Made by a program: the position numbers and the translations under genes. Shown in pieces: positions 39,681 through 50,876 of a stretch of 64,000 nucleotides of DNA. The DNA is taken from the NCBI GenBank assembly GCA_046314355.1, contig JBKBWQ010000001.1, forward strand, positions 1,344,001 to 1,408,000, in the 5' to 3' direction. Positions within the stretch are counted from its first letter, which is position 1; each line of letters opens with the position of its first letter. Under the pieces are notes generated by a model. That model did not search any database. It was not told the DNA's origin and saw only the letters and a list, made by a program, of their open reading frames with translations. The stretch is from Candidatus Altimarinota bacterium (lineage in GTDB: Bacteria > Patescibacteriota > Gracilibacteria > 1-14-2-50-48-13).

Positions 39681-42600
39681 TTATCTATTTTTGATGTTGA
39701 GGGCCTGAGAAAGGAAATATATAATCTCTTTTCTCGTAGCTTTATCATTAGGTCTGAACTTCTTGTCCTTCTCTATTGAGATGATTCCTTTCTCGATGGC
39801 GTAGCTTACGTAGCCTCTGTACCACGCTAGGGGATCATTCCATGAGATATCTGCGAAGTCCTGAGCATTTCCTGTAAATGTCCGCTTACCATCTCCAAGT
39901 GTTACTTCGAGGATGATCTTGAGCGCTTCCGCACGTGAGACATCGTTATCTGGTTTGTAAGTTCCATCTGTGAGGTATCCTGAAATAATATTCCGGAGTT
40001 TTGCTGCATAGATGAAGAATACATCCTTATGAGTGACTGGTACGTCAGGGAATGGTGCTTTCTTTATATTCTCAAGCTTGAAATCTTCACAATTTCCCTC
40101 GATAACAAACCGGAGGAGCTCTGATCTTGCTACCATAGCGTTCTCATTGAACTTACCGTCTTCAGGTACAAATGCTACTCCGCTTTTGATAAGCAGATCT
40201 ACGAATTTTGCAAGATCCTTGTTTGTAAGATCTCCATATGTAGTCTTTGTCTTTGCTTCTATAGAAGGACATACAGATTCTGCATAAGGCACTTTACCTT
40301 CCTTAAGTATAGTTCTCTCAGGGATTGTTCCTTCATTTGTATTCGAATTTGCTGGAGTCTTCGGTTCTTCAGGAGGTGTTAAAGAATTTGTGTTCTTGTT
40401 TACTACTGGCGCAGTATTCTGATTTACATTTGCTACAGGTTTAAGATCTTCTGGAGATCTGAGTATTCCTGACTTCAGGATAAGAGCCTTCGCAAGGAAC
40501 TCGGCAATCTCTTCTCTTGTAGCAGGAGAATTCGGATTGAACTTATGATCAGGTGTGTCTGAAATAATATGCTGTTCATATGCAAATCTGATATATGGAG
40601 CGTACCATTCGCTACCATTTACATCTGAGAACGGTTCACTTTGACCATCAACAATAATATTTTGATAAGAAGTGAATACCTGGATCATTACTTTCAAAGC
40701 CTCTGCTCTTGAGATAGGACGGTCTGGTTTATAAGTTCCGTCATTGAGGTAGCCTGTGACTACTCCATTATCTTTTCCAACCGTCACATAGTAGACATCC
40801 TTATGCGTGAGAGAGACGTCAGGGAAAGGAGCGGTGCTTACAGATTTGTTTCTGTACATCTCACATGATCCTTGTATGAGGTATTTGAGAATTTCAGAAC
40901 GAGTAACAGGTGCGTCAGCTAGGAAGCGATTATCAGTACTGTCGATATGGATACCATATCTATTGAGCTGATTGATATAGTTCTGGAGTTCTGCGTCTGT
41001 AATATCACTATAGTTTGGTACTGGAAGATTTTGCAGAGCAGGACATACGCTCTCTATATAAGGTACTCCTGAAGTGCTAGGAGATACACTATTTGGTCTC
41101 TTTGCGAGATCTGGCTGTGTAAGTACTGTATTCTGATTAAGATTCTGCTGAGGTGTGTTTGTATTTTGGTTTTGGATAGTATTTTGATTCTGATTTTGAA
41201 TAGTATTCTGATTGATATTCGTGACAGCATTACTATTCATATTCTCTGCAGATTCTCTGAGATTCTGGTTGAAGTTAGTTGGCGCTGGGATAGGAGTCAC
41301 ATATCCTCCACCACTTCCACCACCTCCTCCTCCGTTGGAGACTGGCGGAGTCGCTGCCTGAGTTGTAAATGAGAATGCATTGGAGTATGTATTTGGAACT
41401 AGGGCAGTATCAGAGATCATATAGTTTACTGCAATACTTGTCCCTGCAGGGAATGGGGTAGTATGTGTAATCACAGCTTTTTGTCCGCCTGAGATTGCAG
41501 TAATAGTACAGCTATACCCTGACTGACATACTCCATTGGTAATTGCTTGAGATCCGTTAAAGGCAACATTAATGCTTGTAGGACTTACACTTGTATCTGC
41601 ATCTGTGAAATTTAATTCTACTCCTGCTGTTGTCGCAACTCCTGTTGCTCCATTGATAGGAGTACTAGAACTGAGTATAGGAGCTACAAGGTCCGCGACC
41701 ATAAATTGCGCTGTACTTGAGAATGCTCCTGCTGTATCACTATCATCCCAGAACTTTATTCTGTAATAATATGGTGTTTCAATGGCAAGGCTTCCTCCTG
41801 GTATTGCAAGATCTTCTGATCTATCTCCTACAGCTACTGGAGTGGTAAGATTGGTACCAGTGGATCCGCTGTCGTAGACAACACTTGTAAAGGCAGAGTC
41901 CGTTGCTACCTGTACCTGATATTTTACTGCAGTATCAGAGGTGTCTGTATCTTGGAAAAGTCCAGAGACTACCACTGATGTACTATCTAAATTTGTAGGA
42001 TTGGTGCTTCCGCTTTGTGCTGTATTTACTGCTGTATTTGCAAAGATAGCTGTCGGTGCGCTTGGTGCTGAGTTTGATACTGCCTCAGTAGTAAAACTCA
42101 ATGAAGAGCTAAGTGCATTTGGAACTGCTGCACTATCATCGACACTATATCCAATAGTTATATTTGCTGCATTAGAAAAGGCAGCGGCTGGAGTAATGGT
42201 GACCTGTGCTGTATTTGCTGTCGGTGTGGTAGTATTGCATGTATATCCTGTTTGACATACTCCTCCCGTAATGGCATTGATACCTCCTATAGTGATATTA
42301 ATGCTTGAAACATCAATAGGTGTTTCTGTATCTGAAAAATTAAGTACAATATTTGTTCCGACACTTACCCCAGTAGCACTATCAGTAGGAGTACTAGAAG
42401 TAAGAGTAGGTGCTGTAGAGTCTGCAACCATAAACTGTGCAGTACTTGAGAATGCACCAGTACCGTTATTATTGTCCACAAATGCGAGTCTCCAATAATA
42501 CGGCACTTCGACATTAATAGTGCCATTTGGGATCACGATATCTTCTGATCTATTTCCTACACTTACTGCGTTTGTAAGAGTAGTTGCACCACTAGCATAA

Positions 42601-45600
42601 ATAATATCCGTAAATGCTGCATCTGTTGCAATGTCTAAGATGTACTGAGTAGCTGTGTCAGATGTATCAACGTCATTGTAGATACCTGAGAAGACAACAC
42701 TTGTACTATTTAAATTTGCAGGGTCTGTGCTACCGCTTTGAGCTGTATTAGCTGCGGTATTTGAGAAAAGATTTGTTGGAGCTGTAGGGGTATTATTTCC
42801 GCTACCTGTACCTGTAGTAAAGGTAAGTGTATCCTGCAGATAGTTTGGTAAGAATGCATTATCTTCTACATAGTAGTTTACATTTACTGCCTGACTTACT
42901 GGAAGATTGACGTCAGGGTTGATGATGACGCGGATACCATCGGTAATATTCGTAAAAGTACATACATATCCTGTCTCACATACACCGCCTGAAACGGCAG
43001 CTATAGCATCAATATCTATAAAGAGATTATTGAGATTAATTCCTGTACCTGGGTCTGTGAAATCAAACTGAATATTTGTATTTGGAGAAACGTTTGTAGC
43101 ACTCATTGCAGGTATACTTGTCGCAAGAGGGGCAACCTGATCTGAGAGTACTGTAAATTCTGCTGCAGAGCTTCCATCAGCGGAGAAGGCTCCTTCAGCA
43201 CCATTGTTATCCCAGAACTTGATTCTCCAGTAATAGGTAATATCTGCATCGATAGTACCTCCTGGAATTGTAATATCCTCAGAACGTCCGTCTACTACTA
43301 CAGCATTATTTAGTGCCGTACCAGCTGATCCACTGTCGTAGATAATGTCTGTAAACTCGTCATCAGTGGCAATTTGAAGCTGATACTTAGAAGCTACATC
43401 TCCAGGATTCACATCCTTATATATTGCAGAAAATACTACATCGGTACTATCTAAATATGGATCATCTTCTCCTGACTGGGCAGTGTTGACCGTTGTATTA
43501 GAATACAGATCATCTGGGCTTCCCGGGTAATTATTTAAAGGTGCAATAGTAGTATAAGTGCCATCTCCTTGATCTATAAGTAGATCATTTTCGTCATAAT
43601 CCAAAACATTAATGTAGAAAGTACTTGTACTACAGTTTGGTCCAGGTACAAATGCTAATAAGGAAGCATTGAGCACTGCAGCACAAGGGTTTTCAATGTT
43701 ATCTACTGTCACCGTAATTGGATCTCCATTTGAATCCCCTGTAGTCTGGACTTCAATTTCTATGATATTTTGGTCAGCATCTATGAGTATGTTGTAAGTT
43801 CCAGTTATGTTTGTTCCTGAGATATTCACATCACCTGAAGTGAGTCCTGTAAGGTCAAAAACATCTGGATAGCTAAGTACTACAGACCAATGGTCATTAA
43901 TATTTGTAGGAGGAGTATACGTGATACTTTGAGTGGCAGGTGCACCAACATGATAGTCAGTAAGAGTGACATTTATTGGATCAATGATACCTGAAATTCT
44001 AAAGTTTCCGCTTCCTTGGTCAATCAATGTGTCCGCGACATCAAGATGGTCCACTCCAATAGTATAAGAACCCGGATTTGGATTTGTAAGACCACCAACG
44101 AATATGTTTATCTCATCTCCGTTTGTATCTCCACCTGATGTTTGTATTTCGATAAGTATTGTTTTTGTGCCATCATCTATGACAACATTGTGAGGCATGG
44201 TAATATTTGTACCTTGAATATCTATATCACCTGCAGATAACGCCGAGAGATCAATCTCTGGTGGAAATGTCAGGAGAACCTTCCAATGATCATCAATATT
44301 CGTTGGGGGTGTGTAATCAATGTAATATCCATTATCAGTACTGCCGGCAGATGAGTCTCCAAGGCTGATACTGATTGGATCAATCACTCCTACTGCAAAT
44401 TGTGTCTCGAAACTATATGATCCAGTAAGAGTATTAGGAGCTGCTGCTGTATCCGAAATACTATAAGTTACTGGTACTGTTGAGGCACTAGGCAGCTGAG
44501 GCAGTTTATTAATATAAATATCGATATAGTGCCCTGAAGGAGAAATACTACAACTGAAACCTGTCTGACACACGCCATCGACAACTGCATTAATTCCAGA
44601 AACTGTCATATCAAGGCTATTCTCATCTATGTCTGAATCTTCATCATAAAATGAGATAGAGAGTGTGCTATTTACGTCGACATTTGTATATGTATCTTCA
44701 GGATTATAGTAGCTGAGTATTGGTGCTACTGTATCGATAATATTAAATTTGGCAGCAGATGCTCCTGATGGAGTGAAGGCACCTTGTCCCTCTTTATCAT
44801 CCCAAAACTTAATTCTCCAATAATACGTAGTCCCGGGTGAGAAGGTAGTTCCAGCAATGAGATCTTCGGAACGTTCACCATTTGCGATAGGTGTTGTAAG
44901 AGTCTGTTTACCGCTATCAGATATAATGGATGAGAACGCATCATCCGTAGCTACCTGAAGTCTATAGCTTGTAGCAGTGTCTGATCCGTCTGGATCATTG
45001 TAGAGGGCAGAGAAGACTACGTCATTGGTAGCAAGATCCAAAGGATCCGTCCGTCCAGTCTGGGCTGTATTAGTAGCTGTATTAGAATAAAGCGTTGTTG
45101 GTGATGTTGGAATGCTATTAAGAGGTGCAGTTAAGACAAATGTACCTGAACCTCTGTCCACGAGAACAGAAGACGGATCAAGATCCTCTACCATAAGTAG
45201 ATAAGACGTCGCAGTACTCGGGTTTTGTAAACCATTAATACTTATGACTATTGGATCTCCATTTGAATCTCCATCTGATGCTTGTACATCCATGGTGATG
45301 GTTTTGGCAGTATTATCTATAACGATATTACTAGCACCAGAGATGTTTGTACCATTAAGGAATATATCTAGCCCTGTAAGGTTATATTCTGGTGGAAAAG
45401 TTAAACGAATCTTCCAGTTATTATCAACATTTGTCGGAGGAGTATACGTAATAATATAGTCTGAACCCTGACTAATAAGTGGATTTACTGGTTCAATAGT
45501 GACAGGATTAATAAGCCCGACAGATGGATCTACTCCTGTAAGAGTAAATATTCCTGTACCTGAGTCTGACACTAGTCCACGATCTGTAAGTTCCGTAACA

Positions 45601-48023
45601 TGAAGAGGTTTTTCACCTGGAGGAGTCGTGTTTATGACATTATTTACTACTATTTGTACTGCATAGTTACTTGAGTTGTTACTCGAGATGTGAGTAATGA
45701 GCTGGATTTTATTATTGACAGCATCTACGGTCACAGTCGGACTACTCAGCGGGCCTCCGCTTATGGAGACATCTCCATTTGTTACATTGGAAAGGTCTGT
45801 ACCTGCAGGAAAATCAAGATTGATAATCCAATCATTATCGAGAGCACTACTTGGAGTGTAATCGATAGTATAGGTACTCTGTGTACTTACATTATCATCT
45901 GAGAGAGTGACAATCGGAGTAATAGTACCCTGTGCTGCAATAGATAAAATGCCGTCCAGAGTTTCCACTAATGTATGCGATGTATTATAGATCTCCATAG
46001 TTACAGGAAGATCTCCTCCCGTAGAAGGATTAATGACGTTATATAAATTCATATAAATATCCTGACCATTGGAGTCACCGCTTGAGTACTGAAGATGTAC
46101 TTCCACTGTTCTAGCAATAGGATCAATGGTCTTTGAGTAGCTGCCGGACATGTATGCTCCATTATTACTGATGTCACTCTCAGAGAGATTGGAAAGATCT
46201 ACTCCGGCAGGGAAGAACACTTTTACATAATATCCGTCAGATATATTTGCGACAGGTTTGTAAACAATGTCATAATAGGTATCTGCAAGACGCTGATTAT
46301 TATCTGGAGTGACAATTAGGTTACTTGTAATAGGATATAAAGCTACTCCTTGATCGACGAGACTGCCAAAGGAATCTTTATGCGTAATAGTAACATCGTA
46401 GTTACCTGGAGTATTAGGATTGATAATGTTCGGAATGTAGAATTGAATAGTGTTGAGACCAGATGGTCCGATCTGCATGTCAGTTACATACGTAATTGTA
46501 TGATTTGCATTATCTACTGTGGGAAGTACATACTCAAAGTTATTGCCATATACCGTTATATCATTTGGATCTATATTTGAAAGATCCACAAGGGGATCAA
46601 ACTGAAGTTCCAAAGTCCACCCGTCAGAAATAGATGTGGGAGTAGTGTAGCTGATTTCATAATAGGTCTCAGTATTCTTTTTATAATCCCCGAGAGCAAG
46701 ACTGATCGGGGTAATGAGATTGCCGGAATTCACAATCTGAAAGTCTCCATGACCGCTATCAATAAGTAAACTACTTGGGTTGTAATCTTCTATTAATAGC
46801 TCATAGATATCCGCAGTATTAGTATTGATGACGTTTGCAATCTGAAGTGTAAGCTCTGCTCCGCCAGAATCTCCGCTTGGCATATCTACAGTTACCTCCA
46901 CGTAGTGATTTGTATTATCTATGAATACCATGGGAGTATTGAAAGTTGCACCTGTGAGAGAAACATCTCCTGAAGTAACATTTGATAGATCGGTCCCATC
47001 CGGGAAAGTAGCGCGTATAGTCCAGCCGTTATCAATATTTGCTTGAGGGGTATATTTTGCTGTATAAGTCGCTGTAGCACCTACGAGTGGTGTATTGATT
47101 TCTACCGTAGGATACAGATTTCCTGGAGGAGAAATATAGAATGAATCTACTCCTGTACTTAATATATTGAGAGAACTATCAAGCACAGTAAAATTACCAA
47201 AGAAGTCTCCTCCTATGGAAGGATTGATAATATTCGCAATGTAAAATACAGCTAAGCCACTATGATCAATACCCGAAAGATCTAAAGAAAAATCTATATA
47301 CTTATCTACAGTATTAATCGATGTATTATTTACGATAGCTGGAGTGCTCAATGTTGCTGTAACGTCTGGAGCAGTGACATTGCTTAAATCTACTTCAGGT
47401 GGGAACTGCAGTCTGATATTGCTTGTATCTGCGATATCCCCATAATAATAAAAGTTATATGTAGTCGAAGCACCTCTCATATCTGAGTCAGTGGTAATGG
47501 AGGGGTAGTTTGCTACTGGTGCAAGTACAAAATTTCCCAAACCAGAGTCTTTGAGTATATCTGAGGAGGTAGTAGTTTTAAGCTCCAATTCGTAAAATCC
47601 TGCGGCAGCATTTGTGATATTGTATACAGTTGCATACATTGTCGTGATAGTACCAGTAACAGTACCGATCTCCACAGTGGCGGTTCTATTTACTGTATCA
47701 ATACTCACTGGACCTGCACTAGTCATTCCAGTTGCATAAAAGCTTACATCGCCTGTGGTAAGGTTGGAAATATCAAATCCAACTGGGAATTCTATAACTA
47801 GTTTATCGCCGGTCTGAAGACTGGTCTCAATATTAAATTGTATAGGGTATGTGACATTTGTATCGCCAGGAATACTACTATATGGCAATACGAATACGCT
47901 TGTTAAATTACCAGCAGCAGAAGCAGCTGGAATGGAGAAAAAGCTAAACACCAATAAAGTGAGTAGAAAACCGAATATATGTCTCTTAAAAGTATCTTTA
48001 AAAAAAGAAAGTCTGTTTATCAT
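39681..48023 (-). CDS. Giant (2780 aa) repetitive cell-surface protein with C-terminal SLH domains
   Basis: Signal peptide; 9 ~130-aa beta repeats; 4 YYWRIKFWD Fn3-like repeats; 4 Ig-like (Big_5-like) repeats; G-rich and N/Q-rich linker; two SLH blocks (FPDV...GY..GTYKP...SRAEALK). Confidence 0.88.
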   Translation of the reverse strand: MINRLSFFKDTFKRHIFGFLLTLLVFSFFSIPAASAAGNLTSVFVLPYSSIPGDTNVTYPIQFNIETSLQTGDKLVIEFPVGFDISNLTTGDVSFYATGMTSAGPVSIDTVNRTATVEIGTVTGTITTMYATVYNITNAAAGFYELELKTTTSSDILKDSGLGNFVLAPVANYPSITTDSDMRGASTTYNFYYYGDIADTSNIRLQFPPEVDLSNVTAPDVTATLSTPAIVNNTSINTVDKYIDFSLDLSGIDHSGLAVFYIANIINPSIGGDFFGNFTVLDSSLNILSTGVDSFYISPPGNLYPTVEINTPLVGATATYTAKYTPQANIDNGWTIRATFPDGTDLSNVTSGDVSLTGATFNTPMVFIDNTNHYVEVTVDMPSGDSGGAELTLQIANVINTNTADIYELLIEDYNPSSLLIDSGHGDFQIVNSGNLITPISLALGDYKKNTETYYEISYTTPTSISDGWTLELQFDPLVDLSNIDPNDITVYGNNFEYVLPTVDNANHTITYVTDMQIGPSGLNTIQFYIPNIINPNTPGNYDVTITHKDSFGSLVDQGVALYPITSNLIVTPDNNQRLADTYYDIVYKPVANISDGYYVKVFFPAGVDLSNLSESDISNNGAYMSGSYSKTIDPIARTVEVHLQYSSGDSNGQDIYMNLYNVINPSTGGDLPVTMEIYNTSHTLVETLDGILSIAAQGTITPIVTLSDDNVSTQSTYTIDYTPSSALDNDWIINLDFPAGTDLSNVTNGDVSISGGPLSSPTVTVDAVNNKIQLITHISSNNSSNYAVQIVVNNVINTTPPGEKPLHVTELTDRGLVSDSGTGIFTLTGVDPSVGLINPVTIEPVNPLISQGSDYIITYTPPTNVDNNWKIRLTFPPEYNLTGLDIFLNGTNISGASNIVIDNTAKTITMDVQASDGDSNGDPIVISINGLQNPSTATSYLLMVEDLDPSSVLVDRGSGTFVLTAPLNSIPTSPTTLYSNTATNTAQTGRTDPLDLATNDVVFSALYNDPDGSDTATSYRLQVATDDAFSSIISDSGKQTLTTPIANGERSEDLIAGTTFSPGTTYYWRIKFWDDKEGQGAFTPSGASAAKFNIIDTVAPILSYYNPEDTYTNVDVNSTLSISFYDEDSDIDENSLDMTVSGINAVVDGVCQTGFSCSISPSGHYIDIYINKLPQLPSASTVPVTYSISDTAAAPNTLTGSYSFETQFAVGVIDPISISLGDSSAGSTDNGYYIDYTPPTNIDDHWKVLLTFPPEIDLSALSAGDIDIQGTNITMPHNVVIDDGTKTILIEIQTSGGDTNGDEINIFVGGLTNPNPGSYTIGVDHLDVADTLIDQGSGNFRISGIIDPINVTLTDYHVGAPATQSITYTPPTNINDHWSVVLSYPDVFDLTGLTSGDVNISGTNITGTYNILIDADQNIIEIEVQTTGDSNGDPITVTVDNIENPCAAVLNASLLAFVPGPNCSTSTFYINVLDYDENDLLIDQGDGTYTTIAPLNNYPGSPDDLYSNTTVNTAQSGEDDPYLDSTDVVFSAIYKDVNPGDVASKYQLQIATDDEFTDIIYDSGSAGTALNNAVVVDGRSEDITIPGGTIDADITYYWRIKFWDNNGAEGAFSADGSSAAEFTVLSDQVAPLATSIPAMSATNVSPNTNIQFDFTDPGTGINLNNLFIDIDAIAAVSGGVCETGYVCTFTNITDGIRVIINPDVNLPVSQAVNVNYYVEDNAFLPNYLQDTLTFTTGTGSGNNTPTAPTNLFSNTAANTAQSGSTDPANLNSTSVVFSGIYNDVDTSDTATQYILDIATDAAFTDIIYASGATTLTNAVSVGNRSEDIVIPNGTINVEVPYYWRLAFVDNNNGTGAFSSTAQFMVADSTAPTLTSSTPTDSATGVSVGTNIVLNFSDTETPIDVSSINITIGGINAITGGVCQTGYTCNTTTPTANTAQVTITPAAAFSNAANITIGYSVDDSAAVPNALSSSLSFTTEAVSNSAPSAPTAIFANTAVNTAQSGSTNPTNLDSTSVVVSGLFQDTDTSDTAVKYQVQVATDSAFTSVVYDSGSTGTNLTTPVAVGDRSEDLAIPGGSLAIETPYYYRIKFWDDSDTAGAFSSTAQFMVADLVAPILSSSTPINGATGVATTAGVELNFTDADTSVSPTSINVAFNGSQAITNGVCQSGYSCTITAISGGQKAVITHTTPFPAGTSIAVNYMISDTALVPNTYSNAFSFTTQAATPPVSNGGGGGGSGGGYVTPIPAPTNFNQNLRESAENMNSNAVTNINQNTIQNQNQNTIQNQNTNTPQQNLNQNTVLTQPDLAKRPNSVSPSTSGVPYIESVCPALQNLPVPNYSDITDAELQNYINQLNRYGIHIDSTDNRFLADAPVTRSEILKYLIQGSCEMYRNKSVSTAPFPDVSLTHKDVYYVTVGKDNGVVTGYLNDGTYKPDRPISRAEALKVMIQVFTSYQNIIVDGQSEPFSDVNGSEWYAPYIRFAYEQHIISDTPDHKFNPNSPATREEIAEFLAKALILKSGILRSPEDLKPVANVNQNTAPVVNKNTNSLTPPEEPKTPANSNTNEGTIPERTILKEGKVPYAESVCPSIEAKTKTTYGDLTNKDLAKFVDLLIKSGVAFVPEDGKFNENAMVARSELLRFVIEGNCEDFKLENIKKAPFPDVPVTHKDVFFIYAAKLRNIISGYLTDGTYKPDNDVSRAEALKIILEVTLGDGKRTFTGNAQDFADISWNDPLAWYRGYVSYAIEKGIISIEKDKKFRPNDKATRKEIIYFLSQALNIKNR

Positions 48024-48094
48024 ATGTATTTTTGTTTAGAATAATCCACTAATAGTATACATGAGCCGGTCAGATATGAAAAGTAAGTAAGTAC

Positions 48095-49876
48095 TTACTT
48101 TTCATAAATGGCATAAAAAATGAGATCGTTAGTAGTCTCTTTTCGTGTAGTCATAAGAGCGCCGGATGAATAGACATTATTTTTTGCCGCACTTATCCGG
48201 AGAGGAGAAGTGGAGGAGATAGTAGGAAACACTTCAAAGCAGTATGGAGTGTCTTTACTTGATGAGATCACAGGGAAGTAGACTTCATAGTATTTTCCTG
48301 GGAGGAGTTGCTCCGGCATCAGAGGAGCGGCAAAAAGTATTTTTCTGCAGTCACCTTCTTTAAGCAAAAACTGGTAGGTAGAAGTAATTTTTGGGCTACT
48401 TTTATCTATAAAGAATCCAAGACCAGAGAGATTCTTTTGATCTGATATAAAAGTCTGCTCTAATGGTTTCTGTTTTTCTAAAGCATAAGGAATACTGTCT
48501 GCAGTTTGCGAAACGTAGACTTTTTCCTCAACACTGTAGTATCTCTGTTCAATGAGTGAAAATGAAGCAAGTATACTTATTATTATGATGCTGACTATGA
48601 GTATTTTTCGTCCATATTCATTGATGACGGTATGATACAGTAATAAAAACGCGAGAGGAAGAAGCGGGAGAAAATATTTACCCTGAACGAGATCTATTAC
48701 ATTGCCGCTGCGGGGTTCAAGAATGGATAGACCAAGAAATATTGTGCAGATACAACCTAAGAGAGTAAGCAGTGAAATGAGCGAGAATTTTGCAGAGAGA
48801 GGTTTGGTTTCCTCTTTTGCAAGTACTATGAACCCTCCGAGAAGCAGAATATAGTGAAGATTATTGAGGTAGAGCTCCTTTGTGCCAAGACCTCCTAAGA
48901 GACTCTTCCAGTAATAATCAAAATAGACATTGATGCTGAAAAAGAGATCTTTGAAAAAATCAAATGGGTTGACAAAAAACACAAGCAGCTGACTCTTCTG
49001 ATCAATAACCTGCGTATTAAATTTGATAAGCAGAAAATAGCAGATGGCAAATAAGATATGTCCTATAATGAATAAAATCTTATATAAAATTGAACTTTTC
49101 TTTGAAGCAAATAATGTCTCAGGGATGAGTAATACAAGAAGAGCAAAAGGATAGTAGCCTGCCTTTGCATGTATACAGAGTAGGGATATCAGAAAGAAAA
49201 GGATGCCCTCTGTAAGAGAGATCTTTTTTTCCCGCTTATAATAGAAATATAGTATAACCGCTGTGAAGAACAGTAAGCCTACATAGTGCATTGCGTCTGC
49301 ACTTAGGGATGCTGTTTGCTGGACAAACATTGGGAGTAATCCTGTGAAGGTGAAGACACCTTTTGCTAGAGGTGTAATACGAATAGCAAAAAACATCACG
49401 AGTATAGCAAAGAGCAGATTAGCTACTCTTCCTGCATAAAGTAATACTCCAATTTCAGAGGTAAATAACTTAGCTATAAATATACCAAAACTTTGAGGTA
49501 AAACCGTCCAAAGTGTCCGTGTGCAGAATGGCTGGTTTGTAAATTCTCTTTCTGTGCCTACTGTCTTTTTTGAATTTTCCGCTATGGTTTTTTCAGGAAT
49601 ACGTACATCTATTCTATTGATGAGGGGATCAACTCCAAAGGTTTGCCCCACATGAGCTATTTCCTTTGGAAGGTACATGCCATACTGTCCTTTTTGCTCA
49701 CCCTCACTACAGAAAAAATATCCTTCTGAAAAAGCATACGCCTTCTGAAAATGCCTCTCTTCATCCATGATCTGCAGCGGCGGAAGTCTGAATGCAAAAT
49801 ATAATCCAAATATAAGTGCAAAAAAAAGATAGATGAATTCCCACTGCAGCAGTCTTTTTACTATATTTGAATTCAA
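48095..49876 (-). CDS. DUF2142-like GT-C membrane protein
   Basis: PP.Q..DE.RHF..AY, GR..N, LPM..Q..SLS.D and QGKYFLP motifs; many TM helices. Confidence 0.75.
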   Translation of the reverse strand: MNSNIVKRLLQWEFIYLFFALIFGLYFAFRLPPLQIMDEERHFQKAYAFSEGYFFCSEGEQKGQYGMYLPKEIAHVGQTFGVDPLINRIDVRIPEKTIAENSKKTVGTEREFTNQPFCTRTLWTVLPQSFGIFIAKLFTSEIGVLLYAGRVANLLFAILVMFFAIRITPLAKGVFTFTGLLPMFVQQTASLSADAMHYVGLLFFTAVILYFYYKREKKISLTEGILFFLISLLCIHAKAGYYPFALLVLLIPETLFASKKSSILYKILFIIGHILFAICYFLLIKFNTQVIDQKSQLLVFFVNPFDFFKDLFFSINVYFDYYWKSLLGGLGTKELYLNNLHYILLLGGFIVLAKEETKPLSAKFSLISLLTLLGCICTIFLGLSILEPRSGNVIDLVQGKYFLPLLPLAFLLLYHTVINEYGRKILIVSIIIISILASFSLIEQRYYSVEEKVYVSQTADSIPYALEKQKPLEQTFISDQKNLSGLGFFIDKSSPKITSTYQFLLKEGDCRKILFAAPLMPEQLLPGKYYEVYFPVISSSKDTPYCFEVFPTISSTSPLRISAAKNNVYSSGALMTTRKETTNDLIFYAIYEK

Positions 49877-50868
49877 AGGAAGTGTCTTTTAATAATATGG
49901 AAGCTTTCATACCATTCTCCTACTCCATAGCTAATATGAGTTGTGAGACATAAGAGAAAGAGCATGGGGACAAGGCTGAGATGCCCCTGTATGCCAACCT
50001 GGATACTAAAACACAGTATGACAAAGAGATAGAGAAGAAAAGGAAAAAGAAACAAATAATGTATACAACTTAAAAATAATATGATGATGCTGCTCACTAC
50101 AAGCATTGGGAGTAACATATGCGGTTCATGTAGTAATTTATTTTTTGTCATAGCAAAAATACGTCCTCTGCCATATCTAAACATGCTTTTACTCCAGCTT
50201 CTGAGTGATGGCTCTCTTTTGTGAAGAATAATTGTGTCTTTGAGATACATAAATGTGTATCCCAGAGAGCGGAGTCTAGAGGTAATCTCTAGATCAGATC
50301 CCCCAAAAGTCATTGTTTCATCAAAAGGATAGAGCTTAAGAACTTCTCTTTTATAAAGAATATTAGTGGTGGGCAGATGGTCAATGAGCTGATCTTCATG
50401 ATATATTTTTCCATTTGCAGATCCATGAGATCCTAGATATGACTGCAGAAATACTTTTAATGCCCGGCTATACATGCTATTTAGCAACTCTACTTCATTA
50501 CCGCCTCCCACAGCACATAAGGTAGGATACTTTACTACATAATGCTTATATCCTTTCATCAGTTTCGACAACCAGTCTGTGGGGGCTACACAGTCGGCAT
50601 CAGTATAAGCAAGATATGGAAAACTGCTTACTTCTATTCCAATATTTCTACTAAAGACAATTCCTTTTTTGGGATTACTCACTAGCTTAATGGTAGGGTT
50701 TGCAGCTGCTAGAGATTCTACTATTTGTACTGTTGTATCTGTAGAGCCATTATCAATCACAAATATCTCAAATCCTTCTTCATAGTCCTGCGCTAGGAGA
50801 GATTCGAGGCATGATTGTATACAGGACTCTTCATTGTAAGACACGATGACAACTGAGATACTATTCAT
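49873..50868 (-). CDS. Glycosyltransferase family 2
   Basis: ISVVIVSYNEE..I..CL.SL, IDNGSTD, TDAD; C-terminal TM helices. Confidence 0.9.
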   Translation of the reverse strand: MNSISVVIVSYNEESCIQSCLESLLAQDYEEGFEIFVIDNGSTDTTVQIVESLAAANPTIKLVSNPKKGIVFSRNIGIEVSSFPYLAYTDADCVAPTDWLSKLMKGYKHYVVKYPTLCAVGGGNEVELLNSMYSRALKVFLQSYLGSHGSANGKIYHEDQLIDHLPTTNILYKREVLKLYPFDETMTFGGSDLEITSRLRSLGYTFMYLKDTIILHKREPSLRSWSKSMFRYGRGRIFAMTKNKLLHEPHMLLPMLVVSSIIILFLSCIHYLFLFPFLLYLFVILCFSIQVGIQGHLSLVPMLFLLCLTTHISYGVGEWYESFHIIKRHFL

Positions 50869-50876
50869 GGAATTTT

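Noticed and set aside
40033-48039. Several plus-strand ORFs inside the giant surface-protein gene
   Set aside because: They are antisense shadow frames caused by codon bias; the same applies to the small ORFs overlapping uvrA, the ATPase, ruvB and serS.
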